Assembly (NCBI GenBank): GCA_965206595.1
Contig: OZ242214.1
Span: 6,528,001 to 6,592,000 of the forward strand
Reading direction: 5' to 3'
DNA from: Candidatus Latescibacterota bacterium
GTDB lineage: Bacteria; Latescibacterota; UBA2968; UBA8231
Length of the DNA stretch: 64,000 nucleotides
Below, piece after piece: positions 48,880 to 57,603 of the stretch. The translations under genes were made by a program, and so were the position numbers. Under the pieces are notes generated by a model. The model searched no databases, was not told the DNA's origin, and saw only the letters and a program-made list of their open reading frames with translations. Within the stretch, counting starts at the first letter, position 1, and each line of letters opens with the position of its first letter.

Positions 48880-50006
48880 TGGCGCACGCCTACACCCCGG
48901 GCCTGCGCGTCAGCGCCCACACGAAACTGCGGAAAACGCGGCGCTTGCCCCTGGCCGGCGAGCTCGCGGTGCGTCTCGGCGACCGCGTCGCCCGCGACCA
49001 GGTCGTGGCGCGCACCGAGCTGCCGGGAGACGCGGTGACCCAGAACCTCGTCAACCGGCTCGGCGTCACCGCGGCCGACCTGCCACACTACATGCTGAAA
49101 CAGGAGGGGGACCCGGTGCGGGAGGGGGAGCCGCTGGCCGAGACGCGGCCCTGGATCAAGTGGTTCAAGACCGTTGTCCCCGCCGAGACCGACGGCGTCG
49201 TCGAGAGCATCTCCTCGGTGACCGGCCAGGTGCTCTTGCGCAAGCCTCCGTCGAGCGTCGAGATTCCCGCCTTCGTCGACGGGGTGGTCGCCGAGGAGCT
49301 GCCAGGGGAAGGGGTCGTCGTCGAGACGGAAGGGGCCTACGTGCAGGGGATCTTCGGCGTCGGCGGAGAGCGCTGGGGGCCGCTTCGGGTCCTGTCGCAG
49401 ACCCACGACCAACCGCTTCAGGCAGGCCGGATCGACGAGAGCTGCCGCGGTGCCGTGCTGGTCGCCGGCGGCATCGCCGGCATCGAGGCGCTGGAGAAGG
49501 CCGCCGGGGCAGGCGCCGCCGGGGTGATCGCCGGCGGCATCCACGACCGCGATCTCAAGGAGTTGCTCGGCTACGACCTCGGCGTCGCCATCACCGGCAC
49601 CGAGGATATCGGCACCACCCTGATCGTCACCGAGGGGTTCGGAGAGATAGCCATGGCGCGCAATACCTTCGACATCCTGCGCTCGTGCGACGGCATGCAG
49701 GCCTCGATCTCCGGGGCGACGCAGATCCGCGCCGGGGTCCAGCGGCCCGAGATCCTGATCCCCTCCCCGAGCCCGGAGCGGGCCGAGGCAACCGCGGCCA
49801 AAGAGAACCCGGGAGGCATGGCCGAAGGGGACGCCCTGCGCGTCATTCGCGCCCCTCACTTCGGGAGAGTCGCCCGGGTGCGCGCCCTCGTCCCGGAGCT
49901 CCGGGAGATCGAAAGCGGCGCCCGGGTGCGGGTGCTCGAGGTCGAGTTCGAAGATGGAACCCGGGCGATCGTCCCGCGCGCCAACGTCGAGCTGATCGAG
50001 GAGTGA
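48879..50006 (+). CDS. Conserved hypothetical protein with barrel-sandwich-hybrid-like repeats and a C-terminal KOW/SH3-like domain
   Basis: AYTPGL, V..GD.V repeats, DGVVESIS, VQGIFGVGG, AITGTE, TEGFG, GATQIRAGVQRPE and VPRANVE. Translationally coupled to the GlmL-like gene. Confidence 0.7.
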   Translation: MAHAYTPGLRVSAHTKLRKTRRLPLAGELAVRLGDRVARDQVVARTELPGDAVTQNLVNRLGVTAADLPHYMLKQEGDPVREGEPLAETRPWIKWFKTVVPAETDGVVESISSVTGQVLLRKPPSSVEIPAFVDGVVAEELPGEGVVVETEGAYVQGIFGVGGERWGPLRVLSQTHDQPLQAGRIDESCRGAVLVAGGIAGIEALEKAAGAGAAGVIAGGIHDRDLKELLGYDLGVAITGTEDIGTTLIVTEGFGEIAMARNTFDILRSCDGMQASISGATQIRAGVQRPEILIPSPSPERAEATAAKENPGGMAEGDALRVIRAPHFGRVARVRALVPELREIESGARVRVLEVEFEDGTRAIVPRANVELIEE

Positions 50007-50194
50007 GGATGGTGGGATTCTCCAGGTCCGACAGCGCCCAGCCCAAGGGCAACTTCAATCCGAATACACCGGGAACGGAATCTGCTCCTCGCGCAAGGGG
50101 CGGGTCTCGAACGCACAACCGCGGAATCTGCCGGACGCGGCCGAAGCTTATGCAGCTGACTTCAGCCAGCTGCAGCGAACATGGTATTTATTGA

Positions 50195-51394
50195 ATGAAA
50201 TCCTCCGGCCTGCTGCTGCTCTTCCTGCTTCCGTCCCTGGCCTGGGGACAGGCCGCGGCGCCGCCCCCCTTCGAGGCCTTCGACACCCCGAACGACGGCG
50301 GCAAAAGCATCACCGTTACCTGGCCGCTCGATGAGGCCGCCCCCAGGGACGCCGTATACAATATTTACGTCGCCGAGCTCGCCACCGGGCCGTTCCACCT
50401 GGCCGCCTCGGTTCCCGCCGCCGGCGGCCTGCAGTCGGAAGACCGCTCGGTCTTCGGCTTCGGCCCGGAGACCTCGCGGCACCAGTTCGCTCACATCGAG
50501 AAATACGAAGTCGACGGCGAGGCCGTGGCCCTGAAAAGCGACACCCCCTACTACCTCCGCGTGGGGGTGCGAACCGCCGCCGGGGAAGGCCGCGGGCAGG
50601 TGGTCGAGGCGACCGCGACCGCACAGCTGTTGGACTGGAGCAAGCTCAACAACCTCCTCCTCGGTCTGGCGCTGTCCGCCGCCATCCTGATCTCGATCTC
50701 GATGGCCAAAAGGAAGGACCTCTTCGTGCGCCGCATCGCCGGGCTCGAGGCGCTCGACGAGGCGCTGGGCCGCGCCACCGAGATGGGCAGGTCGGTGCTC
50801 TTCATCCACGGCCTTCGCGAGATGAACGCGATCTCCACCATCGCCGCAGTCAACATCCTCGGCCGCGTCGCCCGCCGCACCGCGGAGTACGACACCCTGC
50901 TGAAGGTGACCAACGCCGACCCGGTGGTGATGTCGGTCAGCCAGGAGACGGTGAAGGAGGCGTACATCGAGGCGGGGCGGCCGGACGCCTTCAACCCGGA
51001 CAACATCTTCATCGCCGGAACCGACCAGTTCAGCTACGCCGCCGCGGTCGACGGGATCATGGTGCGCGAAAAACCGGCCGCCCACATCATGATGGGGTAT
51101 TTCTACGCCGAGTCGCTGCTGCTCGCCGAGACCGGGGCCTCCACCGGGGCGATCCAGATCGCCGGAACCGACGCCTTCACGCAGCTCCCGTTCTTCGTCA
51201 CCACCTGCGACTACACCCTCCTCGGCGAGGAGCTGTACGCCGCCAGCGCCTACCTGTCTCGCGAGCCCCGGCTGCTCGGCAGCCTGAAGGGGCAGGACAT
51301 CGGCAAGGGACTGCTGCTGTTCGTCCTGATTACCGGCTCGCTGCTGGCGACGGCCGGAATCCCCTGGCTCACGCACCTGTTCACCGCTTTGTAG
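50195..51394 (+). CDS. DUF6754-like membrane protein with N-terminal FN3-like domain
   Basis: Signal peptide, DTPNDGG..YYLRV, a TM helix, VRRIAGLEALDEALGRATEMG, FYAESL, QIAGT, QLPFF, CDYTLLGEELYAASAYL and a C-terminal TM helix. Confidence 0.75.
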   Translation: MKSSGLLLLFLLPSLAWGQAAAPPPFEAFDTPNDGGKSITVTWPLDEAAPRDAVYNIYVAELATGPFHLAASVPAAGGLQSEDRSVFGFGPETSRHQFAHIEKYEVDGEAVALKSDTPYYLRVGVRTAAGEGRGQVVEATATAQLLDWSKLNNLLLGLALSAAILISISMAKRKDLFVRRIAGLEALDEALGRATEMGRSVLFIHGLREMNAISTIAAVNILGRVARRTAEYDTLLKVTNADPVVMSVSQETVKEAYIEAGRPDAFNPDNIFIAGTDQFSYAAAVDGIMVREKPAAHIMMGYFYAESLLLAETGASTGAIQIAGTDAFTQLPFFVTTCDYTLLGEELYAASAYLSREPRLLGSLKGQDIGKGLLLFVLITGSLLATAGIPWLTHLFTAL

Positions 51395-51399
51395 GCTGG

Positions 51400-51442
51400 A
51401 GAAATGCTGTTTCCGAGCCGCACTCTTCCGGTACTGGCCGCC
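51400..51442 (+). repeat. 43-bp direct repeat, copy 1 (copy 2 at 52999-53041), equal to the 5' end of the gene at 53003
   Basis: agaaatgctgtttccgagccgcactcttccggtactggccgcc vs agaaatgctgtttctgagccgcactcttccggtactgaccgcc (41/43 identical). Confidence 0.9.
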
Positions 51443-51476
51443 GGCATACTGCTTGTACCCCAAGGAGGATAACAAT

Positions 51477-52648
51477 ATGCAAATGACATCGTCACCCGCT
51501 GCCGTCGTCCCTTCGGCATACGCCGAGAGTTATGCAAAGGCCCGCCTCCAAGACCAGGCAGCGGCCGACAACTATATCAAGCACACCACCATTGGCGACC
51601 CCGTGCTTGATCCGGTGATGGAGGAGTTGTCCTCGCTGCCTCCTGGTGATTTGCACAGGTTCATCAAGGCTGGCATAGAACAGCAGGATGAGGTTCTGCG
51701 CCGTGCACCGCAGCCGCTGCGCGATTTTTTAAAAATGTGGAAGACCCTCCCTGGTTCGACTATGAAGTCTTTCGGCCAGGGATCAATGCCTTCCACGCAA
51801 ATGTAGATCTCATGCTCGTGGCCTTCGTTACGGGGGTGCTGGTGGAAGGCTTTTCGACGCTTATCGCCAAGTCTTTCAGTATTACTGAGCGAGTGTCGTC
51901 AACCAAAAGACGCCTGCAGCAAAATAACCGCCACATGATGGACATATTTTTTCCCGGTGGCTTGCACAGAGAGAACGATGGATGGAAGCTATCCACGCGC
52001 ATTCGCTTCGTTCATACTCGAATAAGGCATCTGCCGGCGAAATCCGACGATTGGGATCACGAAGCCTGGGGCACGCCCGTAAGTGCGGCGCATCTGGGTT
52101 TTGCCATCTCCGTCTTTTCCAAGCGTCTGTTGGAATACTCGGAATTGGTGGGCGCGCGTTTCAGCGAGGAAGAAAAGAAGAGTGTTCTCGATGTTTGGCG
52201 CTACAGCGGCTATCTCATGGGAATACCTGAGACCATCCTCTATGCCGACGCCGCGGATGCGGAAGAAGTTTACAAGATCAGCTATATGTGCGAGCCGCCG
52301 ACGGACACCGCTTCGATAGCTGTTGCGAATGGGTTGATCCAGGCCATTCCTTCAGTTGCGGATGTAAAGGATCCAGTTGAAGTAGAGAAATTGACACATT
52401 TGGCCTATCGCCTTTCACGCGCACTCATTGGAAACAAACTCGCCAACTCGTTCCAGTTTCCAAAGACCAGGAATCTGGGAACACTGTTTAATTACCGGAT
52501 GAAACAACGCCTTCTGAGAGTGCTACAGAGAAAACAGGTTAGATTAAATAATTTTACTCAACTTCTCCAAATCTCGGTGTACGATGAGGATGGATTGAGT
52601 TACAGGCTGCCCGACCATGTAAAACACGCACTGTCAAACAAGTGGTGA
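51477..52648 (+). pseudogene. MpaB/Lcp-like (DUF2236) oxygenase, frameshifted at about 51725-51735
   Basis: AGGAGG RBS then ATG 51477. GDPVLD and APQPLRDF, then in the -1 frame PPWFD, RIRFVHTRIR, W...WGTPVS and WRYSGYLMGIPE. One extra T in the T6 run joins the two frames. Confidence 0.75.
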
Positions 52649-52818
52649 ACGGCGCTATGCGCTGTGATGCGGCCACCTCTATCCGGTAAATAAGCAATCA
52701 GGAAATCGGTCAGGTTGATCGAAGTTATCTACAGTTAGTGGCGTCGATAGTGCCATGCACTCGTATTGGCAAGCGAGTCGCCGCACCCCAACCCGGGATG
52801 GTCGAAGGAGTGACACTT

Positions 52819-52998
52819 TTGCAATTGGACCGTTCTTCCGCTGCCATTTTGCGCTATCGATGGTTGGTCATCGCGCTCGCAACACTGGTCATGCTGGCAC
52901 TGACGGCAGGAGTTCGCTTCATCACCGTTACAAACGATTATCGCATTCTGTTTAGCGAAGACAATCCGCAACTCCTCGCATTCGGCTTTGCAGGGTGA
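52819..52998 (+). pseudogene. N-terminal fragment of an MMPL/RND-type exporter
   Basis: AAGGAG RBS. ILRYRWLVIALATLVMLALTAGVRFITVTNDYRILFSEDNPQLLAF ends at the 43-bp repeat. Confidence 0.7.
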
Positions 52999-53041
52999 AG
53001 AAATGCTGTTTCTGAGCCGCACTCTTCCGGTACTGACCGCC
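52999..53041 (+). repeat. 43-bp direct repeat, copy 2
   Basis: Same alignment as copy 1. Contains the ATG at 53003. Confidence 0.9.
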
Positions 53042-53659
53042 TTCGCCTTCGGCGTCGTCGGGGTGGCGATCTTCTACATACCGCACCCGGCCGCGCAGGA
53101 GGTCGAGCGCGAGCTGGCCCTGTGGCTGCGCATCGCCTTCGCCTTCGCCTACTTCCTCGGGCTCTTCAGCCTGCTCAACCTGCACTGGAGCCGCATCCGG
53201 CAGCGGGTCGCCGGCTGGGGGTACAACGCCGTCGCCCTGGCGAGCTTCGGCGTCATGTTCCTCTTCGTCGTCCACAACGACGGCGCCGGACCGTTCGCCC
53301 CGCAGGCCCAGGAAGGGGCCTACCAGTGGATGTTCCAGTACGTCCACATCCCGTGCACGGCGACGATGTTCTCGATGCTCGCCTTCTTCATTGCTTCTGC
53401 GGCGTACCGCACCTTCCGCGCCCGCAGCGCCGATGCCGCCATCCTCCTCGTGGCCGCGGTCATCGTCATGGTCGGCCGCGTCCCGATCGGAGCCCTGATC
53501 TCCGACGCGCTTCCCGCCCTTTCCGACTGGCTGATGTCGGTGCCCAACCTCGCGGCCAAGCGCGGCATTCTGCTGGGGGTGAGCCTCGGCGCCATCGCCA
53601 CCTCGCTGCGCATCATCTTCGGCATCGAACGATCCTACGTCGGAGGCGGTGAGGAATGA
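53003..53659 (+). CDS. Conserved hypothetical integral membrane protein (GlmL-like operon)
   Basis: Multiple TM helices. PCTATMFSMLAFFIASAAYRTFR, GRVP and PNLAAKRGI...GIER motifs. Confidence 0.75.
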   Translation: MLFLSRTLPVLTAFAFGVVGVAIFYIPHPAAQEVERELALWLRIAFAFAYFLGLFSLLNLHWSRIRQRVAGWGYNAVALASFGVMFLFVVHNDGAGPFAPQAQEGAYQWMFQYVHIPCTATMFSMLAFFIASAAYRTFRARSADAAILLVAAVIVMVGRVPIGALISDALPALSDWLMSVPNLAAKRGILLGVSLGAIATSLRIIFGIERSYVGGGEE

Positions 53660-54492
53660 TCGACCGGCTTCTCGGCATCGACCGCCGCATCATCTTCGCC
53701 GCCGTCTTCCTCGGGGTCGCCATACCCCTGCTGACCGATCTGCAGTTCCCGGTCAAACCCAGGAAACAGGTGACGGCGGTGTTCGACGAGATCGAAAAAG
53801 TCGCGGGTAAAGAAGACCCCCTCGTCCTGCTCTCCTTTACCTACGGAGCCAGCACCGAACCGGAAATGCAGCCGATGGCCAAGGCCCTGCTGCGTCACCT
53901 CTTCAGCCGCGACGTCGCCGTCGTCGCCGTCTGCCTGTGGCCGGAAGCGCCCGGTCTCGCCCAGCTGGCCCTCGAGGAGACCGCGGCGGAGTTCGCAAAG
54001 ACCTACGGCGAGGATTACGCCTTCATGGGGTACAAGCCCGGCACCTACAGCGTCATCATCAACATGGGTCAGGATTTCGCCGACGCCTTCCCCAAGGACA
54101 ACTGGGGGACCGCCACCTCCGAGGTGCCGCTGACCGCCGGCGTCGCCGGTCTCTCCGACTTCGACCTGGTGATCGACCTGGCGGCCGGGGATTCGATCGA
54201 GTTCTGGTGGCTGCCGTTCGGGCAGGAGAGGCACAACCTCGCCTTCGCCGCGGGCTGCACCGCGGTGATGGCCCCCGATCTCTACCCGTTCCTGCAGTCG
54301 GGGCAGATGCGCGGCCTCATCGGTGGGCTCGTCGGCGCCGCCGAATACGAAAAGCTGATCGGCCATCCGGGTGGAGCGACCGCGGGAATGAGCCCCCAGT
54401 CGGTCACCCACCTGATCATCGTCTTCTTCATCCTGGTCGGGAACGCCGCCTATTTCGCGGCTAGGCACCGGCAGCGGAGGCGGCCGGAATGA
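53656..54492 (+). CDS. Conserved hypothetical membrane-anchored alpha/beta protein (GlmL-like operon)
   Basis: N- and C-terminal TM helices. E.QP, YGEDYAFMGYKPG and GCTAVMAP.LYPF.QSGQ..G..GG..GAAEYE motifs. Confidence 0.72.
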   Translation: MIDRLLGIDRRIIFAAVFLGVAIPLLTDLQFPVKPRKQVTAVFDEIEKVAGKEDPLVLLSFTYGASTEPEMQPMAKALLRHLFSRDVAVVAVCLWPEAPGLAQLALEETAAEFAKTYGEDYAFMGYKPGTYSVIINMGQDFADAFPKDNWGTATSEVPLTAGVAGLSDFDLVIDLAAGDSIEFWWLPFGQERHNLAFAAGCTAVMAPDLYPFLQSGQMRGLIGGLVGAAEYEKLIGHPGGATAGMSPQSVTHLIIVFFILVGNAAYFAARHRQRRRPE

Positions 54493-55214
54493 ATCGCGAT
54501 TCCATCCTGTTCCTCGCCGTTCTCCTGTTCTTCGCCGCGGCCAACGCCTACCTGTTCGCCGCCGGCAAGCTCAGCCCCGACTGGACCGGCTTCGGGATAA
54601 TCGTCGCCGCCGGCCTGACCCTGGCGCTCTACAGCTTCCTCTACCGCGACAACCCCTTCTTCAAGCTCGCCGAGCACGTCTTCGTCGGCGTCGCCGCGGC
54701 CTACGTGTTCGGCCAGACCTGGTACCCGACCATCTACGGCGAGGTGATCGACAAGCTCACCGGGCTGGGTGAAGCCGGCGCCTGGGAGGGAAACGCCTGG
54801 CTCGTGCTGTTCCCGACCGCGCTCGGGATCCTGATGCTGACCCGGTTCAGCACCCGCATCGGCTGGACCAGCCGCATCGCCTTCGGGTTCATCTTCGGCC
54901 TGGGGGCCGGGTTCACGATCCCGGCCTACATCTCGACGTTCATCCTGAAACAGGTGGAACCGACCCTGCAGCCGATCACCCTGTCCTGGGCCGGGCTCGA
55001 CCTGTTCATCATCCTCGTCGGCGTCGTTTCGGTGCTGGTCTACTTCTTCTTCTCCGTCGAGCACCGCGGCGCCGTCGGCATGGTCTCGAAGCTGGGGATC
55101 TGGGTGCTGATGATCTCTTTCGGCGCCTCCTTCGGGTACACGATCATGGCGCGGCTGTCGCTGCTTATCGGGCGTGTGAGGTTCCTTCTCGGCGACTGGC
55201 TGAACCTGATGTAG
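54489..55214 (+). CDS. Conserved hypothetical integral membrane protein (GlmL-like operon)
   Basis: Multiple TM helices. SFLYRDNPFFKLAEHVFVG, YFFFS and FGASFGYTIMAR motifs. Confidence 0.75.
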   Translation: MNRDSILFLAVLLFFAAANAYLFAAGKLSPDWTGFGIIVAAGLTLALYSFLYRDNPFFKLAEHVFVGVAAAYVFGQTWYPTIYGEVIDKLTGLGEAGAWEGNAWLVLFPTALGILMLTRFSTRIGWTSRIAFGFIFGLGAGFTIPAYISTFILKQVEPTLQPITLSWAGLDLFIILVGVVSVLVYFFFSVEHRGAVGMVSKLGIWVLMISFGASFGYTIMARLSLLIGRVRFLLGDWLNLM

Positions 55215-55218
55215 GAGG

Positions 55219-56127
55219 TTGATCTTGGAGTATCGACAGCTGGGAAAAAACGGTCCGCAGATTCCCGCGATCGCCCTCGGAGCCTGGCCGTTCGGCGGCG
55301 CCATGGGGGCCGTCGCAGAAGAGATGGCCGTCGCCACCGTGCGTGCCGCCATCGACCGCGGCATCACCATGGTCGACACCGCCCAGTCGTACCGCGCCAG
55401 CGAACGCATCGTCGGCCGCGCCCTCGCCGGCGGCTACCGCGAGCGCTGCTTCCTGGCGACCAAGGTGAGCGGCGACTTCTCGCCGCCGGCGATCCGCGCC
55501 GCCATGGAGAACAGCCTGCGGCAGCTCGACGTCGACTACGTCGACCTCTACCAGATCCACGGCTGGAACCCCGCCTACCCGGTGGATGCCAGCATGGAGG
55601 CGATGGAGCAGCTGCGCCTCGAGGGGAAGACCCGCTATATCGGCGTTTCCAACTACAACGCCGGGCAGATGGCCCAGGCGATGGAGACCGCCCCCTTTCA
55701 ATCGGTGCAGCCCGGTTACAACCTGCTCGCCCGCGGTATCGAGGCGGAGGACATCCCGTTCTGCGTCGAGCACGGCATCGGCATCCTGGCGTACAGCCCC
55801 CTGGGGCAGGGATTGTTGACCGGCAGGTACCGGCCGGGCCACCGCTTCGCCGCCGACGATTACCGCTCGGAGCGGGCCCAGTTCCAGGGGGAGCAGTTCG
55901 CGCGCACCGTCGCGGCGACCGACCGCCTGGCGGAGCTCGCCGCGGACAAGGGACTGTCGCTGGTGCAGCTGGCGATCGCCTGGATCCTGAGGCTGCCGGC
56001 GATCAGCACGGTCCTGGTCGGCGCCAAGAACCCCGGTCAGCTCGACGACCACCTCGGCGCCGTCGGGGTCCGTTTCAGCGACGACGAGCTCGAGGCGATC
56101 GACGCGGTCCTCGCCGACGCCGGGTAG
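55219..56127 (+). CDS. Aldo/keto reductase
   Basis: LGAW, DTAQSY, ATK, DLYQIH, IGVSNY and AYSPLGQG motifs. Confidence 0.92.
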   Translation: MILEYRQLGKNGPQIPAIALGAWPFGGAMGAVAEEMAVATVRAAIDRGITMVDTAQSYRASERIVGRALAGGYRERCFLATKVSGDFSPPAIRAAMENSLRQLDVDYVDLYQIHGWNPAYPVDASMEAMEQLRLEGKTRYIGVSNYNAGQMAQAMETAPFQSVQPGYNLLARGIEAEDIPFCVEHGIGILAYSPLGQGLLTGRYRPGHRFAADDYRSERAQFQGEQFARTVAATDRLAELAADKGLSLVQLAIAWILRLPAISTVLVGAKNPGQLDDHLGAVGVRFSDDELEAIDAVLADAG

Positions 56128-56130
56128 CCG

Positions 56131-57081
56131 GTGGCAGCGCCCGAACTCTCCCGCCCTTTCGCGAGCACATCCAGGGTCGTTGTCGGCCGCGACGCAGGCC
56201 TTCCCGTCGAGATGGCCTGCGCCGACAACGGCAACCTTTCCGCGGACTACACGCTGCTGCTGCTGCACGGCCTCTTCGACCACAAGGGTACCTGGGAGCT
56301 GATGGAGCCCTTTCTCGGCGAGCGTTTCAGAACGGTCGCCGTCGACCTCGTCGGCTTCGGGGAGAGCAGCAGGCCGCGCTTCCGGTCCCTGCCCGAGAGC
56401 GAGCGGTACTGCCTGGACCGGCTGGCTGCCTACGTCGGAGAGCTCATCCGCGCTCTCGAGCTCGACCGCCTCGTCCTCGTCGGCAACTCCCTCGGCGGGG
56501 CCATCGCCCTGCGGCTTGCCTGTGCCGATCCGCAGGAGCGTCCCTGGGCGGCCGGGCTGGACCTGCGCGGACTTGTGCTGATCTCCGCTGTCGGGTACCC
56601 GCAGCCGCTGCCGGGATTCGTGCCGCTCCTCGCTGGAAAACCGGGTGCCCTTTTGTTGAACCCCACCCTGCAGCGGCTGGCGGTGGCCAGCGGCCTTGTG
56701 CGGCGGTTCGCCGCATCGACCTATTACCGGATCTTTTACGATCCCCGCCGGATCCCTGAGCGGCTGGTCGACCGGGCGGTCGAGTACTTCGCCATGCCCG
56801 GCACCCCGTTCGCGTACCGGATGACGGTGCGCAACCTGACTCCGCCCGACATCGACACCTTTCCGGGCAAGTACGCCGAAATGTCGCTGCCCGCCCTGAT
56901 CCTCTGGGGACAGCAGGACCGCATCGTGCCCCCCCTCAACGCGCTCCGCTTCGAAACGGATCTGGCGGCGGCGAAACTGCACGTTTTCGACGACTGCGGG
57001 CACGCCCCGCACCTCGAATACCCGGAGGGAACGGCAGTCGCGATCCGCGACTGGATCCGCAACAGCGTGAATACGGACTGA
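56131..57081 (+). CDS. Alpha/beta hydrolase
   Basis: LLHG, DLVGFGES, GNSLGG, WGQQD and CGHAPHLE motifs. Confidence 0.9.
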   Translation: MAAPELSRPFASTSRVVVGRDAGLPVEMACADNGNLSADYTLLLLHGLFDHKGTWELMEPFLGERFRTVAVDLVGFGESSRPRFRSLPESERYCLDRLAAYVGELIRALELDRLVLVGNSLGGAIALRLACADPQERPWAAGLDLRGLVLISAVGYPQPLPGFVPLLAGKPGALLLNPTLQRLAVASGLVRRFAASTYYRIFYDPRRIPERLVDRAVEYFAMPGTPFAYRMTVRNLTPPDIDTFPGKYAEMSLPALILWGQQDRIVPPLNALRFETDLAAAKLHVFDDCGHAPHLEYPEGTAVAIRDWIRNSVNTD

Positions 57082-57088
57082 AGCACTC

Positions 57089-57484
57089 GTGACCAGCAGC
57101 CAAGACCTGTGCAACATCGAGGAGGACGGCAGGCGCTTCCGTCTCTTCTTCGGAATCCTGCTCTGCTGCTTCGCCCTCGGCTTCACCGCCCTGGTCACCG
57201 TGACCGACAGCCCCCTGCCGCTGCGCGCTGTCGTCTTCCTGCCGCTCTGGGTGGGCATCCTGTGCCTGCTGCAGGCCCACGGTTCGACCTGAGTGCTTCT
57301 CGCGGCGCGTGGTGCACGCGCTACCGCGGGAGGAACCGAGCCGATTCCGGACCGGGAGCTGATCGATAGGCTGCGTCGAAAAGCGGGCCGCCTCCATTTG
57401 CAGGCAATGCTGGCGGCCTTCGCGGCGACCATCCTGCTGTTGCTCGCCACCCTGTTCATTGCTTTGCGCCTGCCCGCGCTCTGA
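57089..57484 (+). CDS. Small membrane protein, candidate selenoprotein (UGA at 57290-57292)
   Basis: Two track ORFs in the same frame are separated only by TGA. The joined 131-aa product reads ...LLQAHGST-U-VLLAARG... and has 3 hydrophobic helices. A SECIS-like hairpin follows the TGA. Confidence 0.65.
57304..57322 (+). promoter_or_regulatory. Bacterial SECIS-like hairpin
   Basis: UGA-GUGCUUCUCGC-GGCGCGU-GGUGC-ACGCGCU. GCGCGU pairs with ACGCGC plus a G-U pair, and the G-rich loop begins 18 nt after the UGA. Confidence 0.6.
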
Positions 57485-57603
57485 ATCCGGACACCGATTC
57501 GGAACCCGGGGCGGGTCATCGGGGCCCGGAGCAGTAGAACCAGCCGTCGGCAAACGATCTCCGCCCCTGCTTCCAGGAACCTGCCGCCGCGAAAAGGAGA
57601 GCC

